Assembly (NCBI GenBank): GCA_965198625.1
Contig: OZ240667.1
Span: 3,967,669 to 4,031,668, forward strand
Reading direction: 5' to 3'
Source of the DNA: an uncultured Granulicella sp.
Lineage (GTDB): Bacteria > Acidobacteriota > Terriglobia > Terriglobales > Acidobacteriaceae
Length of the DNA stretch: 64,000 nucleotides
The notes below the pieces were generated by a model. That model saw nothing but the letters and a program-made list of their open reading frames with translations, was not told the DNA's origin and did not search any database. The position numbers were made by a program, and so were the translations under genes. Shown here piece by piece: positions 21,224 through 30,862 of this stretch. Position 1 is the first letter of the stretch. Each line of letters starts with the position of its first letter.

Positions 21224-23173
21224 ATGTCGCTTGATCGCCGTGCTTTCTTGAACTCGTGTGGCCGTCTCGGCTTTGCCTCCACGCTGCTGCCGGGCGTCCT
21301 CTACACCCTGGCCGCCCGCGCCGAGGATCAGCGCATCACCGCCGCCATGATCGATGACGCCGCCCTCATCGCGGGCGTGCCCATCGCGCCCGATCAGAAG
21401 GCTGCGATGCTTTCCATCCTCAACAGCAATCGCAAGAGCTTTGACGAGCTCCGCGCCCTCCACATCCCCAACTCCGTCTCGCCCGCCTTCATCTTCGATC
21501 CGCTCCCGCCCGGCCAGCAGCCCACCCCACCGCTGCCCGGCGCCAACCCGCGCAAGCCGCTGCACGTCAGCCCGCCCCCGGCCATCGCGGCCAAAGACGT
21601 GCCCGGCGACCTGAACGCGCTCGCCTTTGCCACTATCCGCGAACTCGGAGAGTTGGTCAGGCGAAAGAAGGTCTCCTCGCTCGCCCTCACCGAGATGTAC
21701 CTCGCCCGGCTCAAGAAATATAACCCCAAGCTCAACTTCTACGTCACCCTCACCGAAGAGCGCGCGCTCGCTCAGGCCAGGGAAGCAGACCGCGACATCG
21801 CCGTCGGCAAATATCGCAGCATCCTCCACGGCCTGCCCTGGGGCGGCAAGGATCTCCTCGCCGTCAAAGGCTACCCCACCACCTGGGGCGCGGGCGGCAT
21901 GGAAGATCAGCACTTCGACTATGACGCCGAGGTCGTCCAGCGTCTCGACGCCGCCGGCGCCGTCCTCGTCGCCAAGCTGTCCCTTGGTTCGCTCGCCCAG
22001 GGCGATCGCTGGTTCGGTGGCCAGACCAAAAATCCCTGGAACCCCGCCCAGGGCTCGAGCGGCTCGTCCGCCGGCCCCGGCTCGGCCACCTCGGCCGGCT
22101 GCGTCGTCTTCGCCATCGGCTCTGAAACCACCGGCTCCATCTCCGGTCCCGCCACGCGCAACGGCGTCACAGGCCTCCGCCCCACCTTCGGCTTCGTTCC
22201 CCGCACCGGCGCCATGACCCTCTCCTGGACCCTCGACAAGCTCGGCCCCCTCTGCCGCTCCGCCGAGGACTGCGCCCTCGTCATGCAGGCCATCTGGGGC
22301 CCCGACGGCCAGGACGAATCCTGCCGCAACGCCTCCTTCCAATGGAACTCCGACTTCGACTGGAAAAAGCTGCGCATCGGCTACCTCAAGGACGACTTCG
22401 AAACCCCCTGGAGCCAGACCACCCCGCCCCCCGCCCAGGACGCCACGCCCGAAGAGTCGAAGGCCTACCAGCGCCGCAAAGCCGCCGAGCCCGCACAACT
22501 CGCCGCCCGCGAGTACGATCGCAAGTTCGATCTCGCCGCCCTCGACGTCCTCCGCAAGATGGGCGTAACCCTCATCCCCGTCGAGTTCCCCAGGTTCCCC
22601 TGGGACGCCATGCGCGGCCTGCTCACCGTCGAAGCCGCCGCCGCCTTCGACGAGCTCACCCTCTCCGGCCGCGACAAGCTGCTCTTCGAGCGCAGCGGCA
22701 GCTCCTGGCCCAACTCCTTCCGCGCCGCGCGCTTCTATCCCGCCGTCGAGTACATCCAGGCCATGCGCGCCCGCACCCTCGGCATCCGCGCCTTCGCCGC
22801 CCTCTTCGATCAGGTGGACCTCATCGTCGCTCCCACCTCCGGCCCCAGCAACCAGGTCGCCATCACCAACCTCACTGGGCATCCCGCCGTCATCGTGCCC
22901 AACGGCCTCCGCGGTCCTGACGCACCCATCCCGCCGCCCTTCACTGGCGCTGGCGGCTACGGCCCCGGCGGCGGCCCCGGCTCGGCCGGCCCAGCAGCCG
23001 GCGCAGCTGGTTCCGGCGCCGGCAACAATCAAGGCGGCGGCCCCAACACACCCGTCAGCCTCACCTTCCTCGGCGGCCTCTACAAGGATGCCGAAACCCT
23101 CGCCTTCGCCCACGCCTACCAGCAGGCCACCGGCTTCCACACCCTGCACCCGCCGCTCGACTGGACGTCCTAG
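21224..23173 (+). CDS. Tat-exported amidase-signature amidase (paralogue B)
   Basis: DRRAFL; GGKDLL, GSSGSSAG, GSETTGSI; colinear with paralogue A; AGGAGG RBS. Confidence 0.9.
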   Translation: MSLDRRAFLNSCGRLGFASTLLPGVLYTLAARAEDQRITAAMIDDAALIAGVPIAPDQKAAMLSILNSNRKSFDELRALHIPNSVSPAFIFDPLPPGQQPTPPLPGANPRKPLHVSPPPAIAAKDVPGDLNALAFATIRELGELVRRKKVSSLALTEMYLARLKKYNPKLNFYVTLTEERALAQAREADRDIAVGKYRSILHGLPWGGKDLLAVKGYPTTWGAGGMEDQHFDYDAEVVQRLDAAGAVLVAKLSLGSLAQGDRWFGGQTKNPWNPAQGSSGSSAGPGSATSAGCVVFAIGSETTGSISGPATRNGVTGLRPTFGFVPRTGAMTLSWTLDKLGPLCRSAEDCALVMQAIWGPDGQDESCRNASFQWNSDFDWKKLRIGYLKDDFETPWSQTTPPPAQDATPEESKAYQRRKAAEPAQLAAREYDRKFDLAALDVLRKMGVTLIPVEFPRFPWDAMRGLLTVEAAAAFDELTLSGRDKLLFERSGSSWPNSFRAARFYPAVEYIQAMRARTLGIRAFAALFDQVDLIVAPTSGPSNQVAITNLTGHPAVIVPNGLRGPDAPIPPPFTGAGGYGPGGGPGSAGPAAGAAGSGAGNNQGGGPNTPVSLTFLGGLYKDAETLAFAHAYQQATGFHTLHPPLDWTS

Positions 23174-23241
23174 CTCCATCGCTCATCGGTCGCCGGTGCT
23201 CGCCTGTCCCCACGTGCTGGCACCCACGTCCGTGAAGAAAC

Positions 23242-23265
23242 AGCCGCCGGACCTCGGCGGCTTGT
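23242..23265 (+). terminator. Probable intrinsic terminator after the amidase operon
   Basis: AGCCGCCG-GACCT-CGGCGGCT stem followed by TGT; weak U tract. Confidence 0.5.
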
Positions 23266-23568
23266 GCTCTATCCCTCACTGCCTCGGCCATCAGTGATCC
23301 CGGCTGTCCACTCGCCCGCGATTGCTCTTCGCCAAGCAGCTCGCGCGCCAAAGCAAAGCCCGGCGCAACGCCCTGCGCGCAAACTCGATTTGTGTCTGCG
23401 ACTCTGCGCCTCGGTTTCAGCCCCTGAACAACTCCCTTGATGTCTCCGTTCTGTAACGCGCGCGTCACCTTGCGGTAACACTTCGCCGCTAAGCTCGCAC
23501 CGTCACGTACAAACTGGTCCTCCGCTCGAAGGGCGTCCGTCTGCCTGAACCCACCATCTGGAGAAGAG

Positions 23569-26500
23569 ATGATCTATCTGCGTCGCGCATTGCTCCCGCT
23601 GATCTTGCTGCTTGCCGCCCCCGTCGCCGGAACCGCCCAATTCGAAACCGCAACTGTCCTCGGCTACGTCCGCGATGCCTCCGGCGCCGCCGTGCCCGGA
23701 GCCTCCGTCACTCTCATCGACCAGCAGACCAAGGCCACCGTCAACGCGCAGACCAACGGACAAGGTTCCTACGAGTTCACCGACGTCAAGATCGGCCAAT
23801 ATGAGGTGACCGCCAAGGCGAACGGCTTCGACGTCAGCACCACCCAGGCCTTCACCGTCACGGTCAATGCGCGTCAGCGTGTCGACCTCGCTCTGCGCGT
23901 CGGGTCAAACAACGAGACCGTCACCGTAGACTCCGCCGCGTCCCTGCTCGAAACCGACAGCAGCGAGCGCGGACAGGTCATCGGCCGGCGCGAAGTTGAA
24001 AACCTGCCCCTGAATGGACGCGAGTACGCCGACCTCGCCGCACTCGTCCCCGGCGTCCGCCGCAACATCCTCGAGAACTCCACCGACAGCAGCCGCGACG
24101 CCTCCTTCGACGTCAACGGCCAGCGCAGCGAGTTCAACAACTTCCTCCTGGATGGCGTCGACAATAACGCCTACGGCACCTCCAATCAGGGCTTCTCCAA
24201 CCAGGCCATTCCCGCCTCGCCCGATGCCATCTCCGAGTTCCGCGTCGAGACCGACAACTACTCCGCCGAGTACGGCCGCTCCGCCGGCGCCGTCATCAAC
24301 GTCAGCATCCGCAGCGGGACCAACGCGGTCCACGGCAGCGCGTACGACTACCTCCGCAACACCATCTTCAATGCCGTCGGCCCCTTCTATGCACCCACGA
24401 ACCCCCTCACCGGAGCGCAGCAGAAGCCCATCCTCATTCGTAACCAGTTTGGTGGCACATTGGGCGGCCCCATCCTCAAAGACAGGCTCTTCCTCTTCGG
24501 CGACTACGAAGGCACCCGCCAGATCGTGCACGCCATCAACCAGGCCACCGTGCCGACGCTCAACCAGTCCGGGCGCAGTGCGCTCGCCATCGCCAACGGC
24601 GGCTACACCTTCCTCTCCGGCGGCAGCTCCGAGAACGGAGCACCCGTGCCGCTCATCAATCCCTTGACCGGCCAGGCCTACCCCAACGGCATCATCCCCT
24701 TCAACGACCCCGGCGTCTCCAGCTTCGCCAAAGGCGTCCTGGCCGCGCTGCCCCTGCCCAACGTTCCCGGCGGCCCCTACACCAACAACTACGCCTCGCT
24801 GCCGCCCGATACCATCAACGACGACAAGGGTGACATCCGCCTGGACTTCACCGCCAGTCAGAAGACCACCGCCTTCTTCCGCTACAGCGAACATCAGGGC
24901 ATCATCGCATCGCCTCCCTCCATCCAGGGGCCCGCGGGCGGCAACAGCAACGGCACGGTCAACATCTTCAACCAGCAGGCCGTCGGCGGCGTAACCCACT
25001 CCTTCAATCAGAATGCGATCCTTGATGCGCGCTTCGGCTTCACGCTCACCGACGGAGGCAAGAGCCCCTACGGCGCCAACCTGCCCAGCCTTGAGAACGG
25101 CATCCCCGGCCTGCCCACCAGCCCTACCGTCGTACGCAGCCTCAACGTGCAGAGCGTCAGCGGCTTCACCCAGTTCGGCAATCAGGGCAGCAACCCGCAG
25201 TTCCAGAACCCCACCGTCTACAACCCCAAGGTCAACTTCACCTTGCTGCGCGGACGTCAGCAGTTCAAGTTCGGCTATGAGTACCAGGCCGTCTACACCA
25301 CCATCGACGACTTCAATCCCGTCTTCGGTCAGGACACCTACAACGGCGGCTACAGCAACGGCGCCGCCAACGCCAGCGGCAGCCAGTTGAGCGCGCAGAA
25401 CACCGGCTACAAGGAGGCCGTCGCGCTCGCCGACTTCCTCTTCGGCGCACGCGACACCTACCAGCTCAACAACTTCGTCATCGTGCATCTCAACCAGCGC
25501 TTCAACTTCATGTACGTGCAGGATGACATCCGCGTCAACTCCAAGCTCACCGTCAACGCCGGCTTGCGCTACGAGCTCGTCACACCCCAGTGGGAATCGA
25601 ACAACATGCTCTCGAACTACAACCCCGCCACTCAATCGCTTGTGCAGGCCAGCAATGGCTCGCTCTACAACCGCGCTCTGGTCAACATGCCCAAGCTGGA
25701 CTTCGCGCCGCGCTTTGGCGTGGCTTACGCCGCCGATCCCAGGACCGTCATCCGCGCCGGCTACGGCATCAACTTCGCGCAGTTCAACCGCGAAGGCGGC
25801 GAAAATCTGCTGGTCTACAACCTGCCCGCCATCGTCAACACCAGCGTCACGCAGATCCCCGCCTTCGCCGCGGCCGGCGTTCGCGGAGCCTCCGCTGGAC
25901 TTCCGCCCTGCACCGCGGCCCAGGCGGCAGCGCCCTTCAACCCCGCCAATCCCACCCCTTGCTTCCTGCCCTCCAATCAGGGCTATCCCGCCAGCTTTGC
26001 CAATCCGGCCAACGTTACCGCGAAGAGCAATCTCTCCACCCAGGCGCGCTACATCCCGGCCAATCTGCCCACCGGTTACGTCGAGACCTACCACCTCACC
26101 GTCCAGCGCCAGCTCGGGCCGTCTACCACCTTTGAAGCCTCGTACGTCGGCTCCCACGGCGTCAAGCTCCAGGTGCTCGCCGACCTGAACCAGGCCGCGC
26201 CCAACCCCGTCACCGCCACCTGCAACTCCTTGGTCAACTCCGGCTGCCTCTCCCTGCAGGCACGCCGCCCCATCCCCACCTTCACGACCATTGAGGAAAC
26301 CCTGCCCGCCGGCTTGCTCTACTACAACGCCCTGCAGACCAAGCTCGAGCATCGCACCGGCCACGGTCTCTATCTCCTCAACTCCTTCACCTGGTCGCGC
26401 GCCGAGGACAACGCCGCCGGCCACCTCGACACGCCGGATAACGACAACTCGCGCATCAACCTCGCCAATCCGCTCGGCGAGATCGGCCCGTCAGCCTACA

Positions 26501-27114
26501 ACCAGCCGCTCAACGACACCCTCTCCGTGGTCTACGACCTGCCCTATGGCCGCGGGCACAAGTTCGGCGACAGCGCTCCGCGGGCCCTGCAGGAACTGCT
26601 CGGCGGCTGGCAGCTCACCCTCATCAACGACCTCAACAGCGGCCTCCCGGTCAACGTCTCCTACTCGCCCAACAGCTTCCAGCAGGTCAGCCCCCTGCTG
26701 GTACAGCGGCCCAACCAGGCGCCCGGCAACCCCGTCATCCCCAAGGGTCAGCGCGTCAAGCTGCCCGGCAATCAGTCGCTCGCGGCCTTGCAGAACCAGG
26801 TCGTCTTCGGCGCCGCCAGTGGCTCGGTCTTCAGCTTGCCCAGCGTCAATCAGCCGTACGGCAACGCCGGCCGCAACTCCATCCGCTTCGACCCCTACTA
26901 CAACACCGACATGGGCCTCCACAAGCAGTTCGGGCTCTATCCCGAGTCGGTCAAATTCGACTTCCGCTTCGAAGCCTTCAACGTCTTCAACCTCACCAAT
27001 TACGGCTTTCCGTCCAGCACCTTCAGTCCCAGCTCCAGCAGCTTCGGCGTCGTCGCCGCAGGCTCCACGCTGCCGCCGCGCATCCTGCAGTTTGCCGGCA
27101 AAATACTCTTCTAG
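23569..27114 (+). CDS. TonB-dependent receptor (Oar-like)
   Basis: LPLNGR, NGQRSEFNNFLLDGVDNN, YSAEYGR, RNQFGGTLGGPI, FAPRFG, PRILQFAGKILF. Confidence 0.95.
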   Translation: MIYLRRALLPLILLLAAPVAGTAQFETATVLGYVRDASGAAVPGASVTLIDQQTKATVNAQTNGQGSYEFTDVKIGQYEVTAKANGFDVSTTQAFTVTVNARQRVDLALRVGSNNETVTVDSAASLLETDSSERGQVIGRREVENLPLNGREYADLAALVPGVRRNILENSTDSSRDASFDVNGQRSEFNNFLLDGVDNNAYGTSNQGFSNQAIPASPDAISEFRVETDNYSAEYGRSAGAVINVSIRSGTNAVHGSAYDYLRNTIFNAVGPFYAPTNPLTGAQQKPILIRNQFGGTLGGPILKDRLFLFGDYEGTRQIVHAINQATVPTLNQSGRSALAIANGGYTFLSGGSSENGAPVPLINPLTGQAYPNGIIPFNDPGVSSFAKGVLAALPLPNVPGGPYTNNYASLPPDTINDDKGDIRLDFTASQKTTAFFRYSEHQGIIASPPSIQGPAGGNSNGTVNIFNQQAVGGVTHSFNQNAILDARFGFTLTDGGKSPYGANLPSLENGIPGLPTSPTVVRSLNVQSVSGFTQFGNQGSNPQFQNPTVYNPKVNFTLLRGRQQFKFGYEYQAVYTTIDDFNPVFGQDTYNGGYSNGAANASGSQLSAQNTGYKEAVALADFLFGARDTYQLNNFVIVHLNQRFNFMYVQDDIRVNSKLTVNAGLRYELVTPQWESNNMLSNYNPATQSLVQASNGSLYNRALVNMPKLDFAPRFGVAYAADPRTVIRAGYGINFAQFNREGGENLLVYNLPAIVNTSVTQIPAFAAAGVRGASAGLPPCTAAQAAAPFNPANPTPCFLPSNQGYPASFANPANVTAKSNLSTQARYIPANLPTGYVETYHLTVQRQLGPSTTFEASYVGSHGVKLQVLADLNQAAPNPVTATCNSLVNSGCLSLQARRPIPTFTTIEETLPAGLLYYNALQTKLEHRTGHGLYLLNSFTWSRAEDNAAGHLDTPDNDNSRINLANPLGEIGPSAYNQPLNDTLSVVYDLPYGRGHKFGDSAPRALQELLGGWQLTLINDLNSGLPVNVSYSPNSFQQVSPLLVQRPNQAPGNPVIPKGQRVKLPGNQSLAALQNQVVFGAASGSVFSLPSVNQPYGNAGRNSIRFDPYYNTDMGLHKQFGLYPESVKFDFRFEAFNVFNLTNYGFPSSTFSPSSSSFGVVAAGSTLPPRILQFAGKILF

Positions 27115-27125
27115 GGAGAGCGCTC

Positions 27126-28085
27126 ATGCTTGACCGCAGAAAGTTCACCACCCTGGCAGGCGCTTCGTTGGCCTCCGCCTCGCTCGGCAGCCTGCTCACC
27201 CGCAAACTCTGGGCTGAGCAGGCCCGAGCCTCCGCCTCGCCCAACACCTTCTACTTCGCCCTCGTCGCCGACAGCCACATCATCGATAGCTTCTACAAGC
27301 CCGGCAGCGAGAACGGCGTCGAAGATAACGAAAGCATCCTCGTCACAACTCCGCGCCTCACCGCCGCGCGCGACCTCATCAACTCGCTTCATCCGGCCAT
27401 CGAGCAGGTCTTCCTCATCGGCGACTACTTCCACAACTATCCCTCCACCGACTACGACTTCTACTTCAAGAACACCACCCGCCTCGATAACGCCAAAGCC
27501 ATCACCGACGGCTTCAAAATGCCGGTGCACCTTGGCTTCGGCAATCACGACTACGATGTCCGCAATGTCCCGCGCGAGATGAGCCATCGCCTCTTCGCCG
27601 CCAAGTTCAACGCCCGGCCCTACTCCAGCCTCGACTACAAGGGTTTCCGCTTCATCCATCTCAATAACTTCCTGGGCAGCACCCAGGACCGCACCGCATC
27701 TGACTTCAACCCCGGCGTCGGCTCGCTCGGCGAAGAGCAACTGCACTGGTTCGAGGCGCAGCTCGAGCAGCGCAAGCCAACCTTCGTCTTCATCCACTAC
27801 CCGCTCATCCAGGATCAAGCCACCGAGTTCGCCGACTACGGCCTCCTGCCTCTGCTGCGGAAGCATCAGGACACCATTCAACTCATCGTCTCCGGCCACA
27901 TGCATAAGTGGATCGACTTCGCCCACACCTACGGTCCGCAGCACTTCGTCATGGCCGCAACCCGCTACGACCCCAACGCCTACATGCTCATGGAAGTCGA
28001 CACCAGGCGCGTCACGTGGCGCTTCATGAACGCCAGCCTCGTGGACTGGTCCACGCACTACAGCAAGCCCTGGCGCAGCACCTAA
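27126..28085 (+). CDS. Tat-exported calcineurin-like metallophosphoesterase
   Basis: DRRKF signal; DSH, GDYF, GNHD, HYP, GHMH motifs. Confidence 0.88.
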   Translation: MLDRRKFTTLAGASLASASLGSLLTRKLWAEQARASASPNTFYFALVADSHIIDSFYKPGSENGVEDNESILVTTPRLTAARDLINSLHPAIEQVFLIGDYFHNYPSTDYDFYFKNTTRLDNAKAITDGFKMPVHLGFGNHDYDVRNVPREMSHRLFAAKFNARPYSSLDYKGFRFIHLNNFLGSTQDRTASDFNPGVGSLGEEQLHWFEAQLEQRKPTFVFIHYPLIQDQATEFADYGLLPLLRKHQDTIQLIVSGHMHKWIDFAHTYGPQHFVMAATRYDPNAYMLMEVDTRRVTWRFMNASLVDWSTHYSKPWRST

Positions 28086-28135
28086 CCCTCTGCCGCACCT
28101 CGCCCCCTCTGGAGCCGCCTTTGATACGCAACCAC

Positions 28136-29260
28136 ATGATCCCTCCGCTCGCCGCTTTCGTGTTCCCGCTCAGCCTCGCCTTCACCCTCCCCGCGCAGGC
28201 CCCGGACACAGCTCTCAAGCTCAACCAGATCCAGATCATCGGGACCCACAACAGCTACCACGCCGGCATCGCGCCCAGCGAAGCTAAAGTCTGGCAGGCG
28301 AAATACCCCGCCGCCTACAAGGGCCTCGACTATCAGCATCCGCCGCTGCCGCAGCAGTTCGACGCCGGAGTCCGCCAGATCGAGCTCGACGTCTACGCCG
28401 ATACCAGCGGTGGACGCTACGCCCATCCCTCCGGCCCCGCTATGGCCGCCGCCGTGGGCCTGCCCGCCGACCCGCCCTTTGATCCCACCGGCATCATGGC
28501 CAAACCCGGCTTCAAGGTCATGCACGTGCAGGATGTCGACTACCGCAGCAACTGCCAGCCCTTCACCGCCTGCCTGCAACAGGTGCGTGACTGGTCCCAC
28601 GCGCACCCCGGCCACATCCCCATCTTCATCCTCGTCGAGACCAAGCAGGGCTCGCCCAAAGACCTCAAGCTCACCGTTCCCGAACCCTTCACCTCCGCTA
28701 CCTTCGACGCGCTCGACGCCGAGATCCGCTCCGTCTTCCCGGCCTCCGAAATGATCTCTCCCGATGACGTCCGCGGCTCCTTCGCGACGCTCAACCAGGC
28801 TGTCCTCGCCGGCAACTGGCCCACCCTCGCAAGCGCTCGCGGCAAGGTCGTCTTCCTCATGGATCAGCGGCCGGTCGGCCCCGTCTACCTTGCCGGTCAT
28901 CCTGCTCTCCGCGGCCGCGCCATCTTCACCAACGCGGAGCCCGGCGAGCCCGACGCCGCCTTCATCGAGCGCAACGACGGACCCGCCGCCGACATCACCG
29001 CGCTGGTCAGGAAAGGCTACCTCATCCGCGCCCGCACCGACGCCGACACCAGGCAAGCACGAACCAACGACACCTCAACGCGCGACGCCATGCTCGCCAG
29101 CGGCGCTCAGATCCTCAGCACCGACTACCCCGTCAACGAGCCTGCTCGCTGGGAAGGCCACTTCGTCGTCGCCCTGCCCGGCCACGTCGTCGCACGCTGT
29201 AATCCCGTAAACGCGCCCGCAGGGTGTGAACCGCCTCTTGAAGGTGAACTCCGCAGATAG
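28136..29260 (+). CDS. Phosphatidylinositol-PLC-like phosphodiesterase (TIM barrel), secreted
   Basis: GTHNSYH, GVRQIELD, WSHAHPGH.PI, ARGKV, GAQILSTDY. Confidence 0.85.
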   Translation: MIPPLAAFVFPLSLAFTLPAQAPDTALKLNQIQIIGTHNSYHAGIAPSEAKVWQAKYPAAYKGLDYQHPPLPQQFDAGVRQIELDVYADTSGGRYAHPSGPAMAAAVGLPADPPFDPTGIMAKPGFKVMHVQDVDYRSNCQPFTACLQQVRDWSHAHPGHIPIFILVETKQGSPKDLKLTVPEPFTSATFDALDAEIRSVFPASEMISPDDVRGSFATLNQAVLAGNWPTLASARGKVVFLMDQRPVGPVYLAGHPALRGRAIFTNAEPGEPDAAFIERNDGPAADITALVRKGYLIRARTDADTRQARTNDTSTRDAMLASGAQILSTDYPVNEPARWEGHFVVALPGHVVARCNPVNAPAGCEPPLEGELRR

Positions 29261-29282
29261 CCAGACCATACGCTGACTAAGC

Positions 29283-29852
29283 TCATCCACGCTGAAGCAG
29301 CCGCCACACCCGCCGCGGCACCGCCAGCACAAAACCCAGCGTAATGCCCGGCAGAGACTGCAGGTCGTGCCGCAACGACGTGCTGCGTGCCCCGCCCAGC
29401 AGGGCTCCGTGCCGCATCGCATACCACGTGAACGCCGCCGCACTCGCCGCCAGGCAGAACGACGCAACCAGCCCCGGCCCTACATGCGGCGTATGCGCCG
29501 CGCGATGCACCAGGAACTGTGCCAGGGTCATCGCGCCCGGCAGTCCCAGGCAGACCACCGCAGCCGTCGCCCACGCCGGATTCGCCGCCCGCAGCCGTTG
29601 TGAGATCGCTCCGATGATGCCCGCCGTAAACACCGCGAACACCGCCTCCACCAGCATTGCGCGAACCGCCTCCCTCGGTCCCGACCGGAGGTTGCTCACA
29701 AAGAAGCTGCCGGCTCGAACGATCGCACTCAGCGCCGCCGCCTTCCAGCTCCATGGCGGCACCAGCGTTTGAACCGGCCGCAGAATCATCTCGCGAAGCC
29801 CGCTGTAAAGATCGACCGGCGGCGCAGAGCCTGTCTCGTTCTCAGTCCTCAT
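29283..29852 (-). CDS. Hypothetical membrane protein
   Basis: Four to five hydrophobic segments; WSWKAAALSA..R. Confidence 0.7.
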   Translation of the reverse strand: MRTENETGSAPPVDLYSGLREMILRPVQTLVPPWSWKAAALSAIVRAGSFFVSNLRSGPREAVRAMLVEAVFAVFTAGIIGAISQRLRAANPAWATAAVVCLGLPGAMTLAQFLVHRAAHTPHVGPGLVASFCLAASAAAFTWYAMRHGALLGGARSTSLRHDLQSLPGITLGFVLAVPRRVWRLLQRG

Positions 29853-29922
29853 AGGCAGACTCTGCGATGCCCGTCCTCTGCTGCAGGATGTGCCGCCCGG
29901 CACCAAACTCCAAAGCTGCGGC

Positions 29923-30699
29923 CTATTGTTTGAACCTCGGCGTCACCTGCTCGATACGCCAGATCGGACCACCTTCATACAGTGGTCCTTCCTCGCGGAG
30001 GAAGGCCGGTGGAGAGCCGCCCTCAAGCCAGATGTGATAATCGGGGGGTTCTTTCCCCACCACCGGAATCACAACCCCGGCGATGCCGCCGAACTCGACA
30101 TGCAGTGTGAAGTCGGTAGCTTTGCGAGACAGGCCCCCGACGCTGAAAGGCACACTACCCGTCGGCTTGATGGAGATCCGGACCAGCCGCGGCTTCTTGC
30201 CCGGCGCAACGTAGGAGATCTTCGTCTCCGCTACGGACGGCAGAATGTTCAGCAGGAGATTCGGCGGCAGACCATTGGAGACGTCCGCTGGAAGGTCCAT
30301 ATGCTTCTTCGTCACGATCCCGTCCTCGCCCCGCACGCTCACGTCGCCGCTCGTCATGTCGACCAGGCAGTCCATCAGCGTCGGAAAGGAAGGTCCGCGC
30401 TGGATGTGGTGGTCGCTGACCAGCCGGAATACCTGACGTTGACTGAACACCGTGAGGTCGTCGTCGATCGATCCGTCGCGAAATCGAAAGATCAGCCTGG
30501 AGGTCACCCGGTCGCCGCGCACACGTTGCGTCGATTCCCCGGTGGCGATCGTCACGCCGTCCAGCGTCTTCAGCGCCAGGAAACCGTGACTGGAACCTTG
30601 AGCGTAGCGCACCGGCACCGGCTCCGCATGCCCCGGCCAACAGAGACCCAGCGCAAGCAGCGCCATCCACTTCCCAGCCCGGGCGGAAAAACCATCCAT
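29923..30699 (-). CDS. Hypothetical secreted protein
   Basis: Signal peptide (WMALLALGLCWPGHA) followed by beta-rich globular sequence; GAGG RBS. Confidence 0.7.
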   Translation of the reverse strand: MDGFSARAGKWMALLALGLCWPGHAEPVPVRYAQGSSHGFLALKTLDGVTIATGESTQRVRGDRVTSRLIFRFRDGSIDDDLTVFSQRQVFRLVSDHHIQRGPSFPTLMDCLVDMTSGDVSVRGEDGIVTKKHMDLPADVSNGLPPNLLLNILPSVAETKISYVAPGKKPRLVRISIKPTGSVPFSVGGLSRKATDFTLHVEFGGIAGVVIPVVGKEPPDYHIWLEGGSPPAFLREEGPLYEGGPIWRIEQVTPRFKQ

Positions 30700-30862
30700 G
30701 AACAATCCTCGCAGCGCCGTGCCAGCGGGATGAACCCTGCGTTCCCGTGCCCTAGGCGACTTCATACTAATCTCTAAAACACCGCTGATCCCGGTTGTTG
30801 CGCACTTACCAGCAATATTTGGATCTTTCTCCCGATCTGCGCCCTCTGCGCACCCTCCTTCA

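Noticed and set aside
14268-26424. Long antisense ORFs (14268-15515, 21122-23179, 23905-26424; likewise 45987-47900, 54361-56304, 60087-61760)
   Set aside because: Shadow frames of well-supported high-GC genes, with no family motifs.
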